The notes under the pieces: model-generated
What the model saw: the letters and a program-made list of their open reading frames with translations, nothing else
Database searches by the model: none
What the model was told of the DNA's origin: nothing
Origin: Thermoproteota archaeon
GTDB lineage: Archaea; Thermoproteota; Thermoprotei; Gearchaeales; Gearchaeaceae
Direction: 5' to 3'
DNA length: 64,000 nucleotides
Assembly (NCBI GenBank): GCA_032249235.1
Contig: JAVVGF010000001.1
Span: 5,925-69,924, forward strand
Program-made: the position numbers and the translations under genes
In this document: piece by piece, positions 34,581-44,428 of the stretch
How positions within the stretch are numbered: position 1 is the stretch's first letter
How the letters are laid out: each line of letters opens with the position of its first letter

Positions 34581-36251
34581 TTTGCGAAGGTATTTTCCTT
34601 TGAGTTGATTTAATAAGCTGTCAATTTTTGTTTTAGATTCTTTAAGAGTTTTTGAATGAATCTCTACCATTCTTTTATACATTTCGGGCTGTATTTTCTT
34701 CATCTTATGTGAATTTCTTGTCTCCTTTAGTGCATTTCGGGCTTTTACTAATTTTGAATATTCAAGGTTGATACCTGATATGATAGATTTTGTCTCTGGA
34801 TATTTTGTAATCAAGAAATTAGAAATCTTTTTTAGTTCGTTTTCCTTATTTTCGATTTCTCTTCTTAGATTATTCAGCCTTGCTGTATAATCATGTTTCT
34901 TTATTAATCCTTTATCTAATCGTAAGTCGAGTTGTTCAATTTCTTCATAATCTAATATCAAACTTTCAATAAGATTTATGAATTTAGGAATTTCAGGAAT
35001 TGCGACTATCTTTTCTAATACAGGCCTTCTGCTATATCTAGTATATATAAAGACAAAAAATAATAGAATTATTATAATTACTAATATTTGATTAACTGAG
35101 TTCAAAGAATATATGAAAGGATTTATTGTTGTTTTTAGTGATATATTAAAATTATAATTAGGATAAACATTAGATAAATAATATATATACTCGTTTCCGT
35201 CTTGCTGTGTTACTAATTTATCTGGAATAGGATACAATTCTGCATTAACCAAGTATTTGATAGTTATAATTAGCGTGAAATTATCTATGATATAAAAGTT
35301 GGATTGTAAAGGATTAAATGATAAGTTTATCTGTTGTTGATTTCCGTTTACACTTCCTATTTTGTTAATATCTATTTCGCTTGTGATTATAATTTTTGCT
35401 TTTGTATAGTTCAAGTAAGCGTTAGCATAAATAGTGCTAAAAAGAGGATATCTTAATGAAACCGCGTTGTTAGTATAGCTGAGATCTCCAAAATCATCTC
35501 TCACAGAGATTATACTTGCATCAGGTAAGATATATGGGATCCATGTTCTTACAGTTTGATTAAAACCTATGTATTCAATGATAAAAGTATCTATTATCTT
35601 TACCTTTTCCAAGTTATCTATTATTATGTTTCTAGTTAAGCTGTTTATTTTTACCCAAGGTAGATCATTTGGAGGGTTGAAGGAAAGTGTAAAAAGTGTT
35701 GTATTATATGGGGATAATGCCGTTGAATTATAATAGATATAGTAAGTACCGTTTTCATATTTTTGAATTGCATTTTTAGGTGATGATATTATAATGTTTG
35801 TTGGTGGGAAAGAAAATTTGACCTTTGTTGTTACAGTTGAAATAGGTAAGTCTGTCATAAGATAAGCGAACATATCCGTTTTTACACCTGACTGTATTTG
35901 ATTAAAAATTCTCTGATCATATACCCTAGTTATCGTGATGTTTCCTTCAAAACCATTTATAGGAATTCTGAACCCGAGATAGTCATCTTTAATCGCTCCC
36001 CATTGAATTGGATATTTAGGGTTTGTCTGTAAAGAATAAAGAGATTTGTATTCTTCTGGCGTTAAATAAATTGTTAAATTAGAAATTTGTCCTTTTATTT
36101 CTACATTATCTTGAACAATAATAAATCCTGGGAAGATCTGAATGTATCTGTTCACTTTCAATTGGTTTTGTTGTTCAGCAGCAACTGTGATGATACAAAT
36201 CGATAATACTATTAGAGTGAGTAACAAAGTTGCAATGCTTTTTCTTTGCAT
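34578..36251 (-). CDS. type I membrane glycoprotein, ribophorin I (OST1/RPN1)-like by eye alignment
   Basis: 557 aa. Signal peptide MQRKSIATLLLTLIVLSICIITVAA, about 360-aa ectodomain with at least 10 N-x-S/T sequons, single TM ILVIIIILLFFVFIY, about 150-aa Lys/Glu-rich helical tail. Several colinear motif matches to eukaryotic ribophorin I (listed in findings). The ORF itself is solid; the family call is tentative. Confidence 0.5.
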   Translation of the reverse strand: MQRKSIATLLLTLIVLSICIITVAAEQQNQLKVNRYIQIFPGFIIVQDNVEIKGQISNLTIYLTPEEYKSLYSLQTNPKYPIQWGAIKDDYLGFRIPINGFEGNITITRVYDQRIFNQIQSGVKTDMFAYLMTDLPISTVTTKVKFSFPPTNIIISSPKNAIQKYENGTYYIYYNSTALSPYNTTLFTLSFNPPNDLPWVKINSLTRNIIIDNLEKVKIIDTFIIEYIGFNQTVRTWIPYILPDASIISVRDDFGDLSYTNNAVSLRYPLFSTIYANAYLNYTKAKIIITSEIDINKIGSVNGNQQQINLSFNPLQSNFYIIDNFTLIITIKYLVNAELYPIPDKLVTQQDGNEYIYYLSNVYPNYNFNISLKTTINPFIYSLNSVNQILVIIIILLFFVFIYTRYSRRPVLEKIVAIPEIPKFINLIESLILDYEEIEQLDLRLDKGLIKKHDYTARLNNLRREIENKENELKKISNFLITKYPETKSIISGINLEYSKLVKARNALKETRNSHKMKKIQPEMYKRMVEIHSKTLKESKTKIDSLLNQLKGKYLRK

Positions 36252-36310
36252 AATCGTTCTTTACTTATAAGGTTAAATAAATATTAAATCTTTATTCGAC
36301 ATTAAGAAAT

Positions 36311-37606
36311 ATGACTAGCCTAATAGACACGGTTCCTGAAGAAGTGAAACTTAAGCATAAGGTGGCACTTCCTGAAGGGATGGGCGAATTTTATTCTTTA
36401 AAATTCATCGAAGAAAAGCTTAGCAAGAATAGAATATTTCCTCCAGAAAGGATATTCAGTCCAGATCCTCCCTTTTTTTCATTCATACCGTCTGCAGTAG
36501 ATTATGTTTCGTTAAGTAGTGAATTACTTACAGCTTATACACCTTATCAGCCCGAAGTTTCTCAAGGTCTTTTACAGATTCTTTTTGAATATCAAAGCAT
36601 GATATGTGAACTGACTGGAATGGATGTTTCAAATGCTTCTCTTTATGATCATTCTACAGCTTTATGCGAAGCTATAAGAATGGCATTGAAGTATACAGAA
36701 AGGAACAAGGTTTTGTTACCTAAATATATGAGGAGGGAAAGAAAGTTAGTCGTTAAAAGTTATATGGAGACGATAGGTGTAGAATTATACGAATATAAGA
36801 TTGAAAAAGAAACAGGAAAGATCGATCTTTCAGATATAGAAAATAATTTAAAAAATGCAGCATGTATTTATGTTGAAAATCCTTCTTATTTCGGCATTAT
36901 CGATGATAATCTTCCTAAACTTTCCGACATAGTTCATAAAAATGACTCACTTTTCATAGTAGGAGTAGAACCAATATCTTTAGGCATAATAAGAGAACCG
37001 GGTTCTTATCAAGCAGATATAGTTGTGGGCGATGCTCAACATTTAGCCATACATCCTTTTTATGGGGGGCCTTCTTTGGGTATAATTGCTTGTAGGGAAG
37101 AATTGAAGTTGATTCATCTAATGCCTGGAAGAATAGTAGGATGCACAACAACTTTAGATGGTTCAGAACTCGGTTTTTCATTAGTGCTACAAGCAAGAGA
37201 GCAACATATTAAGAGGGAGAAAGCTACTTCTAATATAACTACAAATCAGTCATGGTTAGCAGTAAGGGCAGCCATATATTTAGCTTTGTTAGGTAAAGAA
37301 GGATTAAAAAGGCTAGCCGCAAGAATATTACTCAATACACAAAGACTGAAAAAGGTATTAGAAGATTTTGGTTTCATATCCAAATTTCCTCGTGCTTTGC
37401 ATTTTAGGAACTTACTTATGAGCAAAGAGGAAATTCATAAAATTCAAAACGAGATGTTGAAAAAGGGCTATTTCTTTGGTAAATTATTGAGCAGTGAATT
37501 TGAAGGTTTCGAGAATTCAATATTGCTAGGAGTAAGCGAGTATCAAGATTCAAAATCTTTTGAAGAATTAAGAAATGCATTATTAGAGGTGACTAGAAAT
37601 GTATAA
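36311..37606 (+). CDS. gcvPA: glycine dehydrogenase (decarboxylating) subunit 1
   Basis: 431 aa. TAYTPYQPEVSQGLLQ..FEYQ and SNITTNQ motifs of GcvPA. Confidence 0.9.
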   Translation: MTSLIDTVPEEVKLKHKVALPEGMGEFYSLKFIEEKLSKNRIFPPERIFSPDPPFFSFIPSAVDYVSLSSELLTAYTPYQPEVSQGLLQILFEYQSMICELTGMDVSNASLYDHSTALCEAIRMALKYTERNKVLLPKYMRRERKLVVKSYMETIGVELYEYKIEKETGKIDLSDIENNLKNAACIYVENPSYFGIIDDNLPKLSDIVHKNDSLFIVGVEPISLGIIREPGSYQADIVVGDAQHLAIHPFYGGPSLGIIACREELKLIHLMPGRIVGCTTTLDGSELGFSLVLQAREQHIKREKATSNITTNQSWLAVRAAIYLALLGKEGLKRLAARILLNTQRLKKVLEDFGFISKFPRALHFRNLLMSKEEIHKIQNEMLKKGYFFGKLLSSEFEGFENSILLGVSEYQDSKSFEELRNALLEVTRNV

Positions 37607-39140
37607 TCAAGCTAAGTATAGAGAAAGATTAGTATTCCAATACGAGGATGTTCGAAGTGATCATGCTTACTGGGTCAATGATGAAGAATTAAGTAAAGCA
37701 TTATCTTTAATTCCAGAAACGATGAGAAGAAAAGAAGATCCAAACATACCTAATCTTCCTGAGAATTTAGTTGTTAGACATTATACTAGGTTAGCTAGGA
37801 TGAATCATGCAATAGATATTTCAACATATCCTTTAGGTTCATGCACTATGAAATATAATCTTAAAAGCATGGAAAGGCTTGCAACAATTAAAGAGATCGC
37901 ATTATTACATGATAGTTATCCTGAAGAGTATTGTCAAGGTATTCTTGAGCTTCTTTATTTGCTTGAACAATACTTATGCGAAATAACAGGCATGGATAAG
38001 TTTTCCTTCCAGCCTTCTGCGGGTGCTCATGGGGAGCTGACTGGTGTATTCATTATTAAGAAATATCACGAAGTAAACGGCCAAAAGGATTTAAAAAATG
38101 AAATTATCGTGCCAGACTCTGCACACGGTACAAATCCTGCAAGCGCAGCTATGGCAGGATTCAAAGTTGTAGAGGTTAAATCTAATAAAGAAGGAACTGT
38201 AGATATTGAGGATTTGAAATCTAAGGTTTCGAAAAGGACTGCAGGTTTAATGTTAACAAATCCTAACACTTTAGGCTTATTTGAAAAAGATGTACTCGAG
38301 ATATCTAAAATAATACACGAAGTTGGAGGATTGCTTTATTATGATGGAGCTAATCTAAATGGTATTTTATGCTATGCAAGACCTGGCGATATGGGCTTTG
38401 ATATTGCTCATTTAAATCTCCATAAAACATTTGGTACTCCACATGGTGGAGGAGGTCCTGGTGCGGGTCCATTAGGTGTTAAATCTTTTCTCAAAGAATT
38501 CCTTCCAGTTCCTATAATTGAGAAAAAAGAAAATAAATACGTTCTTAATTATGATCTTAAGTATAGTATAGGGAGAGTTAAAGAGGGTTTTGGAAATACC
38601 CTAGTTCTTTTGAAAGCCTTGCTATATATTTTAACTAAGGGTTATGAAGGATTAAAGGAAGCAAGAGAAAAAGCAGTAAGGAATACAAGATATTTCCTAG
38701 AACAAATGCAAGGTATTGAAGAGATTTCTTTAACACATAATCCTAAGCTTATGAGATATCATGAATGCTTATTGAGTGCTTCTGTATTAAAGAAAAAAAC
38801 AGGCATAGATGCAAAAGATATAGCGAAAAGAATTTTTGATTATGGTTTTCATCCTCCCATGATTTACTTCCCATTGATCGTAGATGAAGCATTGTTAATA
38901 GAATTTACAGAAGATGAGACTGAAGAAAATATAAAACAATATGCTCAAGTTCTTAAAAGAATAATACGCGAAGCATACGAGAATCCTTCTATTTTAAAAA
39001 GCGCTCCGCATAAAACAGCTATTGGCAGATTAGATGAAGTAAAAGCTTCACATCCTAGAACTTTAACATTGTCATGGAAAAAAGCTAAAGAAAGATATGA
39101 TGAACTTTTGAAAAAACTAGCTAATTATTCTGCCGATTAA
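37599..39140 (+). CDS. gcvPB: glycine dehydrogenase (decarboxylating) subunit 2
   Basis: 513 aa. YPLGSCTMKYN, and NLHKTFGTPHGGGGPGAGP containing the PLP lysine. Confidence 0.95.
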   Translation: MYNQAKYRERLVFQYEDVRSDHAYWVNDEELSKALSLIPETMRRKEDPNIPNLPENLVVRHYTRLARMNHAIDISTYPLGSCTMKYNLKSMERLATIKEIALLHDSYPEEYCQGILELLYLLEQYLCEITGMDKFSFQPSAGAHGELTGVFIIKKYHEVNGQKDLKNEIIVPDSAHGTNPASAAMAGFKVVEVKSNKEGTVDIEDLKSKVSKRTAGLMLTNPNTLGLFEKDVLEISKIIHEVGGLLYYDGANLNGILCYARPGDMGFDIAHLNLHKTFGTPHGGGGPGAGPLGVKSFLKEFLPVPIIEKKENKYVLNYDLKYSIGRVKEGFGNTLVLLKALLYILTKGYEGLKEAREKAVRNTRYFLEQMQGIEEISLTHNPKLMRYHECLLSASVLKKKTGIDAKDIAKRIFDYGFHPPMIYFPLIVDEALLIEFTEDETEENIKQYAQVLKRIIREAYENPSILKSAPHKTAIGRLDEVKASHPRTLTLSWKKAKERYDELLKKLANYSAD

Positions 39141-40409
39141 ATAATGCGGAGTTGCTTCTTCAATTAATGATTCTTTGAATTTACCTATCAGGCTATTATC
39201 TTCAGTTTTTATAATCACACATCTGTAATCTTGAGCTCTTGCTTCTAAAAATCCTTTTTCTCCTTTTCCTGTAATTAAGACTTTGAGAATTTTTCCTATA
39301 AACTTTTCATTCTTCTTAAGAGTTATTTCATCGCATATCTTTACGAGCTCTTTCGATCTTCTTTTCTTAATTGAATCGGGTAGTTGAATTAATGAAGCAG
39401 CTTTAGTCAAAGGTCTCTGTGAATATTGGGCAACATGAACCTTGTCGAACTCAATTTCTTTAATTAATTTAATTGTGTTCTCGAATGCTTCTTCATCTTC
39501 ACCTGGATATCCTACAATTATATCGGTTGCTATGAACAAATCTGGATGTTCGCTTCTCAGATCTTTTATGAAATCTTTAAATTCTTTTACTGTATGCATT
39601 CTTTGCATATCTTTCAATATTCTATCATCGCCGCTTTGAACAGGAACATGACAGAATTTGTATACGTGTTCATCATGATATAGTTTCTTTAGTCCATTAA
39701 CTATCCTAAAACCGAACCATGGAGTAAACATTCCTATTCTTATTCTATATTCTCCTTTAATCTCTAACAAGCTTTCAACAAGCTCAATCAAGTTAGTATT
39801 AATATCTAAGCCATATACAGCGGTATCTTGGGCAGTTAGATATATCTCTTTAGCTCCTCTTTCAATTGCATCCTTAAAAGCTTCCTTAATCAGAGAAGGT
39901 CTATAACTATAAAGAGTTCCTCTAGTATATTTTACAGCACAGAATGAACATGAGCCTAAACAGCCTGATGCAATAGGTAATTCATATGGACCTTTACCAT
40001 CATAACTAGGTATAATTTCATAAGTTCTATCGCTTCCTCCTATGAATAAATTACTTTCTATTTTGTCTTTAGTAATTATAATAGGTATCTCCTTTATTAA
40101 TGAGGGCGTTACAAATATTGCATTTTTGTTCACATTGTATAGCTTGAATGGATTAAGCTTAACCATGCAACCAGTAACTATGATCTTAGCGTTGTTTTTT
40201 TCAGCAATTTTAGAATATTTCTCTAAAGCGTGAATGGCTTTTAATTCTGATTCATATCTTACTGCACAAGTGTTGATTATGATCAAATTAGCTTCTTCAG
40301 GATTTTCTGTTTTAATAAATGATAGTGAATCTAAGGATTGAGAAATGAACCTACTATCAGCTTCATTAAACGTGCATCCATATGTTTCAATAAAGTACTT
40401 GAGTTGCAT
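39117..40409 (-). CDS. radical-SAM methylthiotransferase, MiaB-like archaeal type (MtaB/CDKAL1-like)
   Basis: 430 aa. N-terminal UPF0004 Cys pattern (YGCTFN, NTCAV, GC), radical SAM GCLGSCSFCAV, C-terminal TRAM-like domain. Confidence 0.8.
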   Translation of the reverse strand: MQLKYFIETYGCTFNEADSRFISQSLDSLSFIKTENPEEANLIIINTCAVRYESELKAIHALEKYSKIAEKNNAKIIVTGCMVKLNPFKLYNVNKNAIFVTPSLIKEIPIIITKDKIESNLFIGGSDRTYEIIPSYDGKGPYELPIASGCLGSCSFCAVKYTRGTLYSYRPSLIKEAFKDAIERGAKEIYLTAQDTAVYGLDINTNLIELVESLLEIKGEYRIRIGMFTPWFGFRIVNGLKKLYHDEHVYKFCHVPVQSGDDRILKDMQRMHTVKEFKDFIKDLRSEHPDLFIATDIIVGYPGEDEEAFENTIKLIKEIEFDKVHVAQYSQRPLTKAASLIQLPDSIKKRRSKELVKICDEITLKKNEKFIGKILKVLITGKGEKGFLEARAQDYRCVIIKTEDNSLIGKFKESLIEEATPHYLIGRIIS

Positions 40410-40435
40410 CAGATTAAATTAACTTAAATCCTTTA

Positions 40436-42103
40436 TTAAATACTTACTCTTCTAATTTCTCTCAATTTGTTTTCTATTTCCTCGATTGAATATTTCCTGA
40501 AAATGATCTTAGGTTCTGAAATTTTATGTTCCTCTTTGAAAGGATCATAGAAAGCATCTTCCCATTTTATAGCTAGAGGCAAATTAAGCATTCTTCTTAT
40601 TTCTTCACATTTCTTAGGCATAATGGGATGAAGAACGATACTCAACACATGAAGTATGCGTGCTAATACATATATTATGCGAGCTGTTTCTTCTTTGTTC
40701 GTCTTAATTTTTTCCCATGGCTTTTTTTCATTGAAAAACCAATTACCTATTCTAGCTATTTCCATTGCTGAATTCAGTGCATTCCTTAATTTTACTTCTT
40801 TAAAGCTCGCGTCTATTTCCTTTATTAGGTTTTCAACTTTATTCAGGATTTCTTTTTCTTCATCTTTCAATTCTTTCGGTTTTGAAATAGAATAGTTAAA
40901 GTAGTTTTTAACGAATGTTAACACCCTGTAAATTAAATTACCTAATGTATCATTAAGATGTGAATTGACAAGTTCTACGAAAATCTTAATTGAGAATTCC
41001 GTATCCCTTTCTTCAGGTCTAAGATAAACTAATGTATATCTCCAATAATCAGGTTCAGCGATTTGTAAAGCTTCATCTAGCCAAATACCTATGCCTTGAC
41101 TTTTAGAGAACTTCTTACCTTCATATGTTAAGAATTCAGTTGCTGAAATTATATGCGGTAAGTTGTAATCTTCTCCTGAAGCCATCAATAAAGCTGGAAA
41201 TATAACTGCATGGAATGGTATATTATCCTTTCCTATGAAATAATAAGTCAGCGCATTCTTATTGAACCAATATTCTTTCCATCTATCATCTCTGAAATAT
41301 TCTATTGTCGCAGAAATGTAACCTAGTACTGCTTCAAACCATACATAAATTGTTTTATTTTCAAAGTTTTCAAACGGCGCAGGAATTCCCCATTTGTTAT
41401 CTCTAGTTAAAGCCCTTGCTCTAAATTCATCTTTAATGTATCCGAGGCTTATTGTTTTGATTCTTTTATCGAAATAAGGATTGTTATTAATGTATTCTAT
41501 AACTTTATCTCTAAGCTTAGGAAAATCGATGAAACAATGTTCTGTTTCTCTTTTTGAAGGTGGTCTTCCGCATACTACGCATTTAGGATTTATAAGTTGG
41601 GTAGGTTCCAATAGATTTCCACAATTTTCGCATTGATCTCCTCTAGCTTTCTCATAGTTGCATATAGGGCATGTACCGATTACGAATCTATCTGGCAAAA
41701 ATATTTTATCGTTTTCGCAATAAAGTTGCGTTACTTTTTCAAAGAAGGTAAAACCGTTTTTATGAACTTTTCTATAAAATTCTCTCACGAATTCTTTATG
41801 AACTTCACTTTCTGTTCTTGTATAGTTACTAAAAGAGATTTCAAAATCTTCGAAAATTTTCTTTATTTTAGCATGCATTTCATCAGTAAGCTCTTTTGGC
41901 TTTTTATTCCTTTGAATTGCTTCAACTTCTATTGGTGTACCATGTTCATCAGAGCCGCTTACGAATACAACATCATCTCCTTTGAGTCTGTGATATCTTG
42001 CTATAACGTCTGCAGAAAGTACTGAACCTATTAGGTTACCTAGATGGGGTATCGAATATGCATAAGGCCAAGCACATGTAACGAGTACTTTTAGAGAGAC
42101 CAC
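40436..42103 (-). CDS. metG: methionine--tRNA ligase
   Basis: 555 aa, GTG start. HIGH-type PHLGNLIG, zinc knuckles CPICN...CENCG and CVVCG, KMSKS-type KFSKSQG. Confidence 0.95.
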   Translation of the reverse strand: MVSLKVLVTCAWPYAYSIPHLGNLIGSVLSADVIARYHRLKGDDVVFVSGSDEHGTPIEVEAIQRNKKPKELTDEMHAKIKKIFEDFEISFSNYTRTESEVHKEFVREFYRKVHKNGFTFFEKVTQLYCENDKIFLPDRFVIGTCPICNYEKARGDQCENCGNLLEPTQLINPKCVVCGRPPSKRETEHCFIDFPKLRDKVIEYINNNPYFDKRIKTISLGYIKDEFRARALTRDNKWGIPAPFENFENKTIYVWFEAVLGYISATIEYFRDDRWKEYWFNKNALTYYFIGKDNIPFHAVIFPALLMASGEDYNLPHIISATEFLTYEGKKFSKSQGIGIWLDEALQIAEPDYWRYTLVYLRPEERDTEFSIKIFVELVNSHLNDTLGNLIYRVLTFVKNYFNYSISKPKELKDEEKEILNKVENLIKEIDASFKEVKLRNALNSAMEIARIGNWFFNEKKPWEKIKTNKEETARIIYVLARILHVLSIVLHPIMPKKCEEIRRMLNLPLAIKWEDAFYDPFKEEHKISEPKIIFRKYSIEEIENKLREIRRVSI

Positions 42104-42148
42104 CTCTTCACTTTCTATATCTCATGAAGTATATGAGTTTTAGGAATT

Positions 42149-42955
42149 TTAGCAATTACATTTTTTATCTTCTCCTAATTTTGCAATTGCTCTAATAATC
42201 AAATTGTAAATTCTTTCTTCATTTTTCTTATAAACTTCTTTAACCTCTTCAAGCGAAACTCTTTCTTGCATACCTGCAGCGTAGTTCGTTATCAATGAAA
42301 GCGAGCTGTAACATAAGCCTATTTCTCTTGCAAGTATAACTTCTGGAACAAGCGTCATGCCTACTACATCTGCACCTATGTTGCGATAAAATTTGATCTC
42401 TGCAGGGGTTTCCAATCTAGGACCTTCGGTGCAAACATAACAAACTCCTGTCCGGATCTCATAATTAAACTCTTTTGCACTTTCTAGCAAGACGTTATTT
42501 ATCTCAGCACAAAAAGGATTAGTCATATCGACATGTACAATTCTTGAAGAATCACCGAGTATTTCATCTTTTCCTCTATAAATTCCATCGAAGAAGCTAT
42601 ATTCGCGTCTTTTAGTCATATCTATGAACTGCGTTATTATTGCGAAGCTACCAATATTTAATTCCTTTTTTAATGCTCCGACAGAATTTATAGCTATTAT
42701 TCTTCTAGCTCCTAGCTTTGCTAAGCCATAAATTAAGGCTCTTGAATTTATCCTATGCGGCGGTAATGCATGTTCAAAACTTTTACTTCCAGGTAATGCA
42801 TGTCTATTAGTAAAAAGCACATCTTTTCCATTTATAGAATAAGTTGCAATTGGTTGAGAAATTCCAAATGGTGTATCGACGTGCAATATTTTGCTTTCTG
42901 TCTTGAATAAATTCGCTATTCCTGAGCCACCGATTATCGCTATCTTTTTATCCAT
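42149..42955 (-). CDS. mtnP: S-methyl-5'-thioadenosine phosphorylase (PNP family)
   Basis: 268 aa. IAIIGGSG start, NRH...PPHRIN, VCTEGPRLETPAE, GADVVGMT motifs. Confidence 0.85.
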   Translation of the reverse strand: MDKKIAIIGGSGIANLFKTESKILHVDTPFGISQPIATYSINGKDVLFTNRHALPGSKSFEHALPPHRINSRALIYGLAKLGARRIIAINSVGALKKELNIGSFAIITQFIDMTKRREYSFFDGIYRGKDEILGDSSRIVHVDMTNPFCAEINNVLLESAKEFNYEIRTGVCYVCTEGPRLETPAEIKFYRNIGADVVGMTLVPEVILAREIGLCYSSLSLITNYAAGMQERVSLEEVKEVYKKNEERIYNLIIRAIAKLGEDKKCNC

Positions 42956-42988
42956 CTTATAAGAAATAGTTAAATAACATAAAAGCTC

Positions 42989-43417
42989 ATGAAGAAACAG
43001 CTAAGCATTCCAACTTATGAAAAAATGTTAGAGCGATTGTACAGTATCATTGAAGTTAATCCAGAAAAATTTAAGGGATTTGAAGCTCCTATAGCTGAAA
43101 TTCAAAACGTGAAGAATCGAACGATAATAACAAACTTTAGAGAAATAGCTTTAGAATTAAATAGGACGCCTGAAGAGCTTGCATCCTTCTTTTTCAAAGA
43201 TCTATCTATAAATGGTATGATAGACGAAAATACAAAACAATTGATCCTTTTCGGTAAATTCACGTTTGAAAGAGTAAATATGAGTTTAAAGTTTTACATC
43301 AAGAAATATGTTATTTGTCCAATTTGTTCTAGTGTAGATACTGTTGTTGAAAAAAAAGGCAAGAATATGTTCTTAAGATGCTTAGCTTGTGGAGCTGTTA
43401 GCTCGATAATTGAGTAA
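42989..43417 (+). CDS. eif2b: translation initiation factor aIF-2 subunit beta
   Basis: 142 aa. YEKMLERLY start, FKDLSINGMIDE region, C-terminal zinc ribbon CPICSS...CLACG. Confidence 0.85.
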   Translation: MKKQLSIPTYEKMLERLYSIIEVNPEKFKGFEAPIAEIQNVKNRTIITNFREIALELNRTPEELASFFFKDLSINGMIDENTKQLILFGKFTFERVNMSLKFYIKKYVICPICSSVDTVVEKKGKNMFLRCLACGAVSSIIE

Positions 43418-44094
43418 TGCTAATCTGTGCAGTTTGTGGTAGTTCTAATAAGAAAATCTCTTCAAGACGAGGCATTTGCATAGACTGCTACATAAAAGAT
43501 GGCTTAATTGATCACATTAAACCGATAAAGTTAACTGTTTGTCCAAGATGTTATAGAATAAAAAAGCAGAGATGGATTAGATTTCCAAGCTTTGAAGAAC
43601 TGGAAGGCTTTTTAGAAGAAGATTTTAAAAATAAAATCGTAACTAAAGGAGGTGTTTTCATCGATGATATTCAAGTTTCTCTTTCTCCTAATTTACGTGA
43701 AGCAAAGGTCACTCTTGACCTTTATCTTGAAGATTATGGCGAAATTGCTGAAATTAATCTTGATTTGCCCATAATATTGAATAAAACGTTATGTGAATCA
43801 TGCCTTAGATTTAAAACTGAAAATTATGAAGCGTTAATTCAACTTAGAACTACCAACTCTAGGATGGTTAGTGAATTCGAGAGTTTATTAGAAGCAATGG
43901 ATCACGAAGATATCGAGACTTTAATTAAAAAAGTGAGGTTTTCTTATGGAATTGATGCATACTTTACTTCTTTAAGAGTGGCTAAGAGAGTGGCTAACGA
44001 ATTTAGGAAGAAATATGGTTGTAAATATAAAGAAACCAAATCAATGGTTTCAGGAATGAAATATAGATACACACTTTTGCTTGATATGAGATGA
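43417..44094 (+). CDS. NMD3-family ribosomal export/maturation protein homologue (short)
   Basis: 225 aa. N-terminal Cys pairs CAVCG...CIDCY and CPRCY are typical of the NMD3 N-domain. Confidence 0.6.
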   Translation: MLICAVCGSSNKKISSRRGICIDCYIKDGLIDHIKPIKLTVCPRCYRIKKQRWIRFPSFEELEGFLEEDFKNKIVTKGGVFIDDIQVSLSPNLREAKVTLDLYLEDYGEIAEINLDLPIILNKTLCESCLRFKTENYEALIQLRTTNSRMVSEFESLLEAMDHEDIETLIKKVRFSYGIDAYFTSLRVAKRVANEFRKKYGCKYKETKSMVSGMKYRYTLLLDMR

Positions 44095-44128
44095 AATGAT
44101 ATATACCAATATATTTCAATATATCTTA

Positions 44129-44428
44129 ATGAGTAAAGAGGAATCAGGATCAGTTCGATTTCCTAAAGAAGGAGAGTTGCTAGGCGAAGTTATTCAATCT
44201 TTAGGATATGATAGAGTTAAAGTTAGATGTGAAGATAATGAAATAAGGATATGCAGGATTCCTGGTAAATTTAAAAAGAAAGAATGGCTTGAAGAAGGTG
44301 CGATAGTATTAGTTCTACCTTGGTATGGAATGCAAGAGAAGACAAGAGGCGATATCCTACATATATATAAAAGACAAGAACTCAAAGAATTAGAAAAGGC
44401 TGGTTATTTAAAAAGACTTAAAGGTTGA
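44129..44428 (+). CDS. eif1a: translation initiation factor aIF-1A
   Basis: S1/OB pattern FPKEGELLGEVIQSLGYDRVKVRCEDNEIRICRIPGKFKKKEWLEEGAIVLVLPW. The track start 44096 adds 11 hydrophobic residues, so I prefer ATG 44129 (MSKEESG). Confidence 0.85.
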   Translation: MSKEESGSVRFPKEGELLGEVIQSLGYDRVKVRCEDNEIRICRIPGKFKKKEWLEEGAIVLVLPWYGMQEKTRGDILHIYKRQELKELEKAGYLKRLKG

